A stretch of 64,000 nucleotides of DNA from Tubulanus polymorphus (Eukaryota; Animalia; Nemertea): positions 7,038,485 through 7,102,484 of the forward strand of contig NC_134027.1 of NCBI RefSeq assembly GCF_964204645.1, in the 5' to 3' direction. The position numbers and the translations under genes are program-made. Within the stretch, counting starts at the first letter, position 1; the number at the start of each line of letters is the position of its first letter. The notes beneath the pieces were generated by a model. The model was not told where the DNA came from. It was given only the letters and a program-made list of their open reading frames with translations, and made no database searches. Positions 53,749 to 64,000 of this stretch are shown piece by piece.

Positions 53749-56700
53749 CATATGAGTCATTCTGCAGATTTTCCAGAACCTGCCCTGAGAGGCCACATGG
53801 CTTCTCAGGGCAGAAACCTGCCCTGAGAGGCCAGTCGTTTGAATCAATAGAAAATGAAAACCCATTCAACAGAGTGAGCTGAAATGGTGGCAAGGTGATC
53901 GGGATATTCAGATTCAAACTAAAGTTTTCGATCATACAATAGAAGACTACGCTGTATTCTATAGAAATAAATTGAGAAATACAAATGCTTTTAATCATAT
54001 TAAGCTAAAACAGTTAAATAGTCAAGACGTAAGGGAAAAAAAAGTTACCTAAAATCAAAATATGAATTTTTGTTGAAATGTATAAGAAAATAGAATTATA
54101 ATTGGTATTTTTCAGAAACAAATTAAAAAATACTAATATTTTTCATAGAAATAAAGAAATGAAAAAAACTTTTCTCTGTGGGAACATTTCTTATCAAAAC
54201 ATCATAAAAAATTTCATCTATAACTTAATGAAGAAGAAAAATCACAATTATTCTCAGGAATAGAATTTTGCTGCTATGTAAGGTAATTAATGATAACGAT
54301 GATACAAGTTTTTGTAAAAATTAAATTATATGATTCCAAGCGGCGCTGTTTTTATTTGTAATCTATAATTTACGATTAACGTGCTATATGTTTCTTCTAA
54401 TTTCTTTGCACTTCACTTTCTTGTGTTACATTTGCATACGTATTTCTATATATGCATTGTTTGCATCAATAAATATGAATGCACTTGTGTTAAATAACAA
54501 AGTCCTTATCGCATCGTAATTAAACTGGCTATCGGCTTGCTCACACATTAATGGGAGGTGACGAAGAGATGAGGAGAGCACGCCGCAATTGCTCATTACG
54601 TCAATATAAAACATTCGACACATTTTCTAAACTCATTTTGGTAACATGCGTGAGGCCTAGCCTAGATTGCAAATGTAGGAAAAATCTGTATTATCGAAAC
54701 GAAACTGGCCTCTCAGGGCAGGTTGATATTGGAAGTCAAACTTCAGCAGCTCTCGGGGCAGGTTGATTTATGCAGAATGAAACTGGCCTCTCAGGGCAGG
54801 TTGATTTCTGCAGAATGAAAGTGGCCTCTCAGGGCAGGTTGATATCAGATGTCAAACTGCAGCAGTTGAACTGGCCTCTCAGGGCAGGTGATATCTGCAG
54901 AATGAAACTGGCCTCTCAGGGCAGGTTGATATCAGATGTCAAACTGCAGCAGTTGAACTGGCCTCTCAGGGCAGGTGATATCTGCAGAATGAAACTGGCC
55001 TCTCAGGGCAGGTTGATATCAGATGTCAATCTGCAGCAGTTGAACTGGCCTCTCAGGGCAGGTTGATATCTGCAGAATGAAAGTGGCCTCTCAGGGCAGG
55101 TTGATATCGGAAGTCAAACTGCAGCAGTTGAACTGGCCTCTCAGGGCAGGTTGATATCAGAAGTCAAACTGCAGCAGTTGAACAGGCCTCTCAGGGCAGG
55201 TGATATCAGAAGTCAAACTGCAGCAGTTGAACTGGCCTCACCGGGCAGGTTGATTTCTGCAGAATGAAAGTGGCTTCTCAGGGCAGGTTGATATCTGCAG
55301 AATAAAAGCGGCCTCTCAGGGCAGGTTGATATCGGAAGTCAAACTGCAGCAGTTGAACAGGCCTCTCAGGGCATGTGATATCAGAAGTCAAACTGCAGCA
55401 GTTGAACTGGCCTCACCGGGCAGGTTGATTTCTGCAGAATGAAAGTGGCCTCTCAGGGCAGGTTGATATCTGCAGAATAAAAGCGGCCTCTCAGGGCAGG
55501 TTGATATCGGAAGTCAAACTGCAGCAGTTGAACAGGCCTCTCAGGGCATGTGATATCAGAAGTCAAACTGCAGCAGTTGAACTGGCCTCTCCGGGCAGGT
55601 TGATTTCTGCAGAATGAAAGTGGCCTCTCAGGGCAGGTTGATATCTGCAAAATGAAAGTGGCCACTCAGGGCAGGTGATATCAGAACTCAAACAGCAGCA
55701 GTTGAACTGGCCTCTCAGGGCAGGTTGATATCAGAAGTCAAACTGCAGCAGTTGAACAGGCCTCTCAGGGCAGGTGATATCAGAAGTCAAACTGCAGCAG
55801 TTGAACTGGCATCTCAGCGCAGGTTGATTTTTGCAGAATGAAAGTGGCCTCTCAGGGCAGGTTGACATCGGAAGTCAATCTGCAGCAGTTGAACTGGCCT
55901 CTCAGGGCAGGTTGATATCAGAAGTCAAACTGCAGCAGTTGAACTGGCCTCTCAGGGCAGGTGATCTGCAGAACTCAAACTGCAGCAGTTAAACTGGCCT
56001 CTCAGGGCAGGTTAATTTCTGCAGAATGAAACTGGCCTCTCAGGGCAGGTTGACGACAGTAGACTACGTATATAATTGCACCCGCAGGGCTGATCAGATT
56101 AGATTCAATTGCGTATGCCTTATTGCATGTGGCAACTATAATTATGCCATTGTCATTAGATAAAGTATAAAACTGATTAAAGTTGGCCTGCGCTCAGGTA
56201 ATTAACATAAAGAAAAATAATATGACATGTGATCAACCAACCCTTACCCCGGAGAAGAAAAAAATAGGATCAGCAGAATTACAATAGAGTTTCTGCGAAA
56301 ACAGTAGAAACCCCCGAAAAATTCACTGTTGAATTAGAATATACAGCATATTGAAACGCACTGATATCAGTGGACGACACAAATTGTTTATGTAGGCCTA
56401 TAGGATATTTGAATAATTAAATTAATGCTTTGAAATTTATATAATCACCATAACTTTTCGTCGTCGGTTAACTACATGACTTTTTAAAAATACATTTCTT
56501 ATTATGAATGAATTTTCATTGAAATATTACTTTCGTTTTATTTGTTAAGTGTCGATATATCAATACGTTCAATATATTTCATTTTAATCCATTTAATTTC
56601 ATGACTCGACAATGTGCATGTCAAACATCGGCGAGATAGTTCGCCGTTTCATCAGAATTATAGCCGAGTTTTCCATTTATACTGCTTAATTGCGCCAATG

Positions 56701-56782
56701 GCCTCTCAGGGCAGGTTCCTGCCCTGAGAAGCCATGTGGCCTCTCAGGGCAGGTCTGCGGATTCTTAAGAATGACCCTTCTC
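53749..56782. mobile_element. 3-kb non-autonomous TIR element with internal satellite
   Basis: Inverted ends of about 85 bp (GAGTCATTCT...CCTGCCCTGAGAGGCCACATGGCTTCTCAGGGCAG versus the reverse complement at 56699-56777), flanked by the direct repeat GATGCACT (53741-53748 / 56783-56790). No transposase ORF. Confidence 0.72.
54705..56052 (+). repeat. Two-unit satellite: 18-bp core TGGCCTCTCAGGGCAGGT with ~20- or ~32-bp linkers (38/50-bp units)
   Basis: Cores at 54784, 54822 and 54872 give 38- and 50-bp periods. A CCGGGCAGG variant recurs about every 175 bp (55241, 55417, 55591). Confidence 0.95.
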
Positions 56783-57964
56783 GATGCACTGCCTCACGTT
56801 CACATGGACTGGTTGCCGTTTACATAATCAAATCAAATGTTCTTTATTGTTGATTAAGAGTACCTTCTGTCGCCGACATCGGACTGCTCTGACCTTACGC
56901 TACATGATAAATTGTGAATCTCCATTGACATTGTATATAATCTCGTTTATCAAGAATGATTAGAAGTGTAAAGTATTTGTGGATTCACACTGTGTCACAT
57001 CCATCGGGGGCCTTCAAAAGCTGAGCTCGAAGTTACCGCGTAGTCTTCCACGGGATCTGAGATTCACCTAGATCACACGCAGATGAATTGCATCCGGCAC
57101 TGAATATGCCTATCGGTCTCAGTCTCAGGATCTAGAAAAATGAACATTGCAAAATGCGCATGTCGACCTACACAAAGGCACAGAGTCCCCACATTTTCAA
57201 ACACTAGGGAACACCAGAGACCCATGCAACAGAAAAGGGATAATGAAGAACGATGGAAACGGTCATGCAAACAAAAGCAGCAGGAGCTCGAGTGGCAGCA
57301 GAGGGCTGTTAATGCAAAATTCGTTTCATAGTCAACAGTGTCAACAATTGTACATTAATTTTTATCGTTGATAACATTTTAGAGTGCAATAAAGTTCTAT
57401 TCTATTCATTATACTAACCGGTACTGCGAGACAGCGCGTTTTACCGCGATTATTTGGTTTTGTTGATACCTTAATGGATCCCAGTGAACACTTGAATAGA
57501 AGTTACATTTACGGAAATGATGTTTCCTGTTTGGTTTATGTTTCAACTGCCTGTTCGCGTATTGATTGCGTTTACATTTGTTGAGAATTTCTGAACACTA
57601 GGTTGCTACTGATTCATTGGGTGGCGAATAAAAGGGATTGCTATCCGGCTAGGCGGTATTATTTTATTGCGAGTGCACTGATCTGTTCCAGAACTTCAAT
57701 TTTCAAAGGTGAGATAAAAGCTATATTTTATTCGAACGTAATATTTTATGCGGATATCGAATGGATAAATCCTAAAGAAATTTGTGAAATTTGAATGAAT
57801 TATTTCTTTTTACCGCAACGAATTTTCATCTGATTAAAAACAGTTGCTTGCCATAAGTTAATTCAAATGACATTTTGCCTTATGTCGTTGATTTGAGATA
57901 TCGTGGCTGATGAGATAAATTTCTGTTATTCCAGATACAGATAATAAACGGCTTAAAAGTCAAC

Positions 57965-59650
57965 ATGAGTACTGCGTATGGGATGCTGTCGTTAACATTT
58001 CCAAAATTCTCGAAGTTCTACGACATTTTACGGGAAGATAACATAACCGAATATCGCAATATGAAACGAGCGATGAATCGTGAAGATTTTTCCAGTTTAA
58101 TAAACGGCTCGTTTGTTTACGGTGATAGCGAGTGTACTGATCCAAACGGCTTCGATTTCTGCAGGGTCCTGTTCATCGCTGTTGTCTTCGCCTCGAAATC
58201 TTGTATTCGTCAATTGCTCGCCGATGATGTAGATGTCGGCGCTAAAGACACACACGATCGCAACTTCCTTCACGCGTTAGTGGAAATATCTAGCGTAGCT
58301 CCGCAAATGGAAGATGACTGCATAGAAATTTTTGATATCATATTTGCGACGTTGAAAATGGAAAAGAAACGGCAATTGATGCTCGATGAAGATTTGAACG
58401 CGTTTCGTCCGTTGGAACTGGCAACGCACAAGTCCACATACGGTCTTATGATGGCTTACGTGGATTGCCCTGGCTTGCATTTGATTGAACGAAAAGATCG
58501 CGGCCTCCAACGAATATCGTCGTTCGATTTTACCGAATATGAAAGTTACAATGACTGGAAAAGAGAGTTACGAAGCCCTATACGGCAAATTATTTATGTC
58601 CAATCATTATCAGTTGATTCATTGAAGAATTATGGGGTATACAATAGTCCCGTGATTAAAAACTGGATTCGGATGAAATTTATGAAGAATCTTCCGTTCA
58701 TCGCCGTGTGGTTTGTAATTCGGTTCGTTTATCTCGTCAGCATAACCGTCATCAACCCGGTGGGTTTTCTTATGATGGCTTCACATCGGCAGCCAAAATG
58801 CGTGAATAGTTCGTCTTCGGTAATTGAACAATCTATGTGCGCGATCATAAAAGATGATGGGTTAGATAGCACGATGTTTTTTGCATCCATCATGTTTTTG
58901 TCGTTCTTTTTCATCGTATTCGATTTGGTGGAAGCACTTGTTCGCATTACTGACAAGCAATATCGTTTGGTCGAACGATGCAGACAGGATCCTCGATATT
59001 ACTTGGCGTTCACCTATTTTTACCGCACCATGCAATTTATCATGAATGTATTCGTGTCCGTAACTGTGATCTTCATGTTCAGTTCAGACATGGGCAACGA
59101 AAATCTATCCAGGATTGTTTCGTTGTTAAAATCTATCTATTTACCGTTGGCTATAATGAATTTCATGTATATGGTCGAACTATTTCCCTATTTGGGTTTA
59201 TTCGTCATCGTCCTGCGTAAAATGATCGAAGTTTTGTTTCAGTTCATGGCGATAAGTTTGTTCATAAAGATCGTCTTCTATTATTACTTCTCACAAGAAA
59301 AAGAATCAACTGTATCATTCACTGAGTTTTGGCCGGGTCTATTGAAGATGTTTTTCCTTGAAAATGGCACGCTGAATTTTACAAGCGAACCACGTTTGCA
59401 CATCGGTATAGCCTACGTCATATACTTCTACATGGCTTCACTTTTGCTTATCAATTACCTGATCGCGGCTATGTCGGTCGAAGCGACCACCAGCATCGAG
59501 ATGAGAGACTTCATTCAAGAACTACGTCGATTGGACGCCGCAATTTTGATCGAAGATAGACTTTCGAAGTGGATATGGAAATGCCTTCAGAAATTTAATC
59601 CGAAGAAAAGATTTATCGTAAAAACAATAAACACCGTTTATGGACATTAA
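57965..59650 (+). CDS. Divergent TRPV-like ion channel (ankyrin repeats plus 6TM/pore), single long coding exon
   Basis: Ankyrin-like DVGAKDTHDRNFLHALV and RPLELA; S4-S5 linker FPYLGLFVIVLRKMI; pore-like FTEFWPGLLKMFFLENG; S6 LLLINYLIAAMS (cf. TRPV6 LLMLNLLIAMMG); AAILIEDRL (cf. TTVMLERKL). Confidence 0.75.
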   Translation: MSTAYGMLSLTFPKFSKFYDILREDNITEYRNMKRAMNREDFSSLINGSFVYGDSECTDPNGFDFCRVLFIAVVFASKSCIRQLLADDVDVGAKDTHDRNFLHALVEISSVAPQMEDDCIEIFDIIFATLKMEKKRQLMLDEDLNAFRPLELATHKSTYGLMMAYVDCPGLHLIERKDRGLQRISSFDFTEYESYNDWKRELRSPIRQIIYVQSLSVDSLKNYGVYNSPVIKNWIRMKFMKNLPFIAVWFVIRFVYLVSITVINPVGFLMMASHRQPKCVNSSSSVIEQSMCAIIKDDGLDSTMFFASIMFLSFFFIVFDLVEALVRITDKQYRLVERCRQDPRYYLAFTYFYRTMQFIMNVFVSVTVIFMFSSDMGNENLSRIVSLLKSIYLPLAIMNFMYMVELFPYLGLFVIVLRKMIEVLFQFMAISLFIKIVFYYYFSQEKESTVSFTEFWPGLLKMFFLENGTLNFTSEPRLHIGIAYVIYFYMASLLLINYLIAAMSVEATTSIEMRDFIQELRRLDAAILIEDRLSKWIWKCLQKFNPKKRFIVKTINTVYGH

Positions 59651-60087
59651 AACTAGAATACCATTTCTTTTGCTTTAACAGCCGAAGTTTCCATCCACTT
59701 TAATTATTCTTCACTGCATTAACTGTTGGATCCAGCACACTATATCGGCCGGGTGCAAACAGTCCGCCGTCTTCATAACTTTTTTGACTACCCGTTGCCT
59801 ATTTGATTATATATCTTATCATCGAGATATTTATACATCATTATTTGATAATAGACTATAATATATCACTTCAATAAATCATGATCTCAATTTCATTCTT
59901 TTAGTCTTTGAGTGGATTTAATTCCGTCGCTTTAACGCCGGCAACGGTGAAAGAGACAACCCCTGGCAAGCGATGACGCTCAAGGTACGAGAATGCCCAA
60001 GGTCGCAGACCATGGCCCATTATGAATTTGTTTACGTTTTGATGGTTTTGTTGGTGTTTTTACCAATTCCTCAAAATATATTCTGAC

Positions 60088-63000
60088 ATGGCCAAATCAC
60101 AAAATAAATATTCAACGGATGAAATTAAAGCGTCTGTTCTACAATTGATCAATCATTACCAAGATGATGCCTCTATCTTTGACGAGGTAAAGATAGCCAG
60201 TCAGAAAGAAGGAACTTGGGGAAGATGGAACACAGGGGCTTGTAAACTGGCTTGGATTTTACTTCCGGGTTGTTGATAATCTCGCGAGAATGGCGCTAAA
60301 TTTAAACTGCAAATAAATTCAAAATATCACAGAAATACCTCGTGTTGATGTTGTTTATTTATCCACTATAGAGTTTTGATAAACAATTGGCTGTTAAGGA
60401 TCAGTAGTATCAGTGGGCGCGACACCTTACTATATTAAAATAACTTTATTTATTTAACGTTATTTTAATATAGTAAGGTGTCGCGCCCGCTGATACTGAT
60501 CCTTAACAGCCAATTGTTTATCAAAACTCTATAGTGGATAAATAAACAACATCAACACGAGGTATTTCTGTGATATTTTGAATTTATTTGCAGTTTAAAT
60601 TTAGCGCCATTCTCGCGAGATTATCAACAACCCGGAAGTAAAATCCAAGCCAGTTTACAAGCCCCTGTGGATGGAAACTAAAAATATTTAGAAATTTAGA
60701 AAGTGGATATTTTGCCAGCGGCATTATTTTAGTCAACGCTATTTTGACGACCTCTATATATAAGATACACTACCAGAACTACACATATTGATAGAATTAT
60801 TCTGGTTTCGATTCACCCACCCAGTCCTGAGTGTCCAGTTCGCGGCGCTCCGTATACTGGGTATACTAAGAGCTCGTGGATAGCCATATATACCACTGAC
60901 ACTAAGGTTCATAGTGAAGATTTCGATAGGGTTAGGGTCTAGAGAGGGTCCGTTTTACAGCTAATTTTAGATACCTAGCTGTAAACAGACCCCAAAGTCA
61001 AAGACAAAGTCTAAACCTAAATCTAAACCTTACCCTAACCCTATTGATAGGGTTGGGGTTAGGTTGAGTGCTATGTCATGTGTAGTTAAAACATTCAGTG
61101 GAATTCCATGAGCCTCGGTCTAGTGGAAAGACGCTAGCAGCGCTGGCCTGGGTTCAAATACTGTTCTATCTGCTCCTAACCCGGCTCTCCGCAATTTCCT
61201 AGAATTTTAGTGCGCAAATGTCTCACACTGACTTAAACTAGGCTAATTGAATCAACAAATACAGTTGTATGCAGAATCAGAATGTGCCATTGCCATTTAT
61301 CAACTAAAAAAATCTTTTCAGATGAACTTTCTGTTGTGAACAAATTCTTTGGCCATCTGTGACTAAAATATATTTCACAAAATCATCATATACCGTGTAG
61401 GCCTGATTACTGTGTATTGTTATTTAGTGAAAAACTATAATAATTTTAAAAAAAATGTTGCTCGGTTTTCTAATGTTGAATTGATTCCTGTCAATTCATT
61501 CGATACCGTACTATACTTATTTTGAGGAATTTCCTGAAATTGAACAGCTGTCAACTGGTAAATTGTATGATAGTATTAGCGTCAAACATTAGTAGATGAG
61601 GCCCTGAAATAAAATGTCTTTTAGAAAATATATAAAATATGTCTTTCAATATAAATAACGTCATTAGTATAGAATTCCTATAGAATTAACTAATCTACAA
61701 AAGGAATCTGGACAAATATCACTGTTAGCCAATGACAACGATGTTGATTTGAATATGTCAAGTATTTATTCACAATTCATTCGTGTTTGGTTTACTAATG
61801 AGTTTTCTGCTAAATCATTGCTCTTGAATTTATTTTAATGCAGGTCTCTCAGTTGGAAACCCTAGAAAATAATTGCAGTAAACAGAAGAGATTTGCTGGT
61901 GAGTTACACCTTTTATTGTGTGCATTGTTGAACTGTATTGTCGGATAAGAGAGTTGCATTCATACATGCCTACCGGTCTGGCTTCCATACATAAGCCTAT
62001 CGTAGATCTGAAATTAAAAATGTTCCTTCTTGAAAATTTCTCTTGTTTTTCAAAAAAAATCTTTCTCAATACTTTTATGATATTCATGATGATTGTTTTA
62101 GTTGAAAGTCTGTCAATTTATCATGGTAAACGAAATGCAAATGAGCATCAAGTTCGCTCATCCATGGTAGAAAAACTTTGTGAGGTGATGAATTCGTTAA
62201 AACATGATGAGCCTCTTCTACAGACAGATCAACGGGTAGGCCTAGTCGTAAATGAAATGAAAATATTCATGCAATTGTTTCATGATTCCTGATATTTCCT
62301 CGAGGTTTCCAATACATATATTCTTAGAAAAAATAAGTATTCATGGTGATCTTTTATCATTAGAGTACCACAAAAATTGAATTGGTAAAAATATCTCTTT
62401 CTTATCATCTGGTTAAGCAAAGGGTGCAAGTTGCTATTGATGTACTGAAAGCTGATGAGAAATTCAGTTGGGAAGTTTTCCTGAATGAATTGGCTCAAAA
62501 TGAGGTAATTCTAACATTGTAAATGTTACCTGTAAATTGGCTAACCCCGTAATTCCTAATTTGATAATTATTTAGATATTTCTTCTTAGAATACCAGACT
62601 ACCTCTGCAGATCTGTTGGCTATTTGACAAAGAGCAGCTGGTATCATTTGACCGTTTCTTTACCAGGTATTAACTATGATATTCCAAAAATAAAGAGTAT
62701 TTTCATCACTTTGAGTATTACATACTGCTTTGGATAATTTTCAGAAATTTACAGAATTCTTCTATTTTCATCAATGTGATAAACGATCTGAAAACGTTAC
62801 TGCTTCGCGTAGGCCTACAAGTAGATGATAGTGATGAGAAATACAAACAGATTGCCGAAACAGTCATTAAAGGTAAAAGTCTGGTGGAGATTCATAACAC
62901 ATAAACTGATGAATGTATGATATATCTATTTTATGTTCCCACTGTTTTGTTCAGACACAGTTCTCTACCTTGTGAAGCACGTTTATGATACAGACTCAAA

Positions 63001-63992
63001 TAAGGATGGTCAGAAAACACAGATTAAAAAGGTAGCTTCTGCTATATTGGATAAATTAATAAAAGGTAATTATGCCGTAAAGCAGCATAAATTTATTGTC
63101 ATTTGTCATGTTAACTGATTGAACATTGATTTTTCAAGACTCGCGAGTGAATGAAATGTCTCTCTTGTCCATAATTCATTACATTCCGGTACTCTCTCCT
63201 CTCTCTAAGGGTCATCTCATTTCTGATGTGGGGCTGTTTCAGGTTTATGTGATGAAATAGGTAGTCTTGATAATACGATAAAAAGTCCATTCATGATGAT
63301 TCGAGATGTTGCCAATATAGATATGAACATTTTGAAGAAATTCGCTGCACATCAGATGATGACCATAATAAAACATAATCCGCACTACAAGGGTAAGTGT
63401 GCTTTGAATATTATTATTATATGTAACATTAGAAACAGATTGTATTTTTCATTGGATTCTTAAATTTTGTTTTTACAGTCTTGGATGTTATTGCACAGCA
63501 GGATCAATGGACTTATGCAAAAAACGCTGGTGGTGTCAGTACGATGTTTAAGCAGGTAATTTAACAATTCAGAGTCCTGCAATTTCTTATCACTAACACT
63601 TACCAGTCAGAGTATTCATATTTTTGAAATTATTTCCAGATGCTGGTGGTATTCGAGCATTGTGAAATCTTGGGCTTACTCAAACGAGTGCTATTGAATC
63701 AAGAAGTCAACTGGAAGGCAGCCCTCTTGTTTGTTGCAACATATTTGATCTGCTTCAAAGATGCTAGAGCGCCCTTCCTTGGTATTAAAAACTGTTGTAT
63801 ATTTTCTATCTAGACCATGAAATTTGGATAGAAATGAAAAATGTTTTTCTCTTGTCAGATTTGGTAAAAGATTTGATTTCTGGAGCTCTTGATAACCTTG
63901 AATCGGATCGGTTGATTGCAGCAATGTTGTTGGTGAGACAAGCTAGTTTACAAGGTCCTCAAGTGTTTCCTACATATCAAAGCTGGTTTCAG
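60088..63992 (+). CDS. FANCA: Fanconi anemia group A protein homolog, 3'-partial
   Basis: Exons near 63640-63992 give LNQEVNWKAALLFVATYLICF...LIAAMLLVRQASLQGPQVFPTYQSWF, matching recalled human QEVNWQRVLSFVSALVVCF...[23 protein letters not shown]. Exon structure at 61700-62100 is unresolved. Confidence 0.85.
60231..60669. mobile_element. 439-bp palindromic foldback element, P-superfamily-like, in FANCA intron 1
   Basis: Two ~215-bp near-identical inverted arms, termini CACAGGGGCT...AGCCCCTGTG, and a 7-bp TSD GATGGAA (60224-60230 / 60670-60676). Confidence 0.9.
61110..61165 (+). mobile_element. Degenerate tRNA-derived SINE-like head
   Basis: A-box-like GGTCTAGTGG and B-box-like GGTTCAAAT without a full cloverleaf. 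A similar decayed piece lies near 52095-52165. Confidence 0.35.
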
Positions 63993-64000
63993 GTGTGTAT

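Noticed and set aside
54770-55665. ORFs with repeated peptides (MKLASQGRLISDVKLQQLNWPLRAG)
   Set aside because: Translation of the satellite; unit lengths of 38 and 50 bp are not multiples of 3.
54705-56052. CRISPR-like array (constant repeat plus spacers)
   Set aside because: The spacers are only two recurring types rather than unique sequences, there are no cas genes, the context is eukaryotic, and the repeat matches the flanking element ends.

Overview
AT-rich, compact eukaryotic (invertebrate animal, probably lophotrochozoan-like) genomic DNA with short GT-AG introns; it is not prokaryotic. Twelve protein-coding loci were reconstructed by hand from splice sites and motifs: GTF3C6 (3'-partial, -), KIF15 (+), GCSH (-), LRRC74-like (-), AdipoR (+), a PRRT3/4-like multi-pass membrane protein with a PEPK repeat stalk (-), a short TINF2/TIN2 N-terminal-domain-like gene (+), FRAT/GBP (+), PEPD (+), POGLUT2/3 (KDELC, -), a divergent TRPV-like channel (+) and FANCA (3'-partial, +). 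Several non-autonomous DNA transposons are present: two palindromic P-like foldback elements, Merlin-, Harbinger- and Tc1/pogo-like MITEs, a Helentron-type HINE, and a 3-kb TIR element carrying a two-unit satellite. The most notable items are the TIN2-like gene, an AT-AC U12-type intron in KIF15, a foldback element carrying promoter motifs spaced like those of a host promoter, and the satellite built from its element's own subterminal motif. All homology calls come from recalled motifs, not from database searches.
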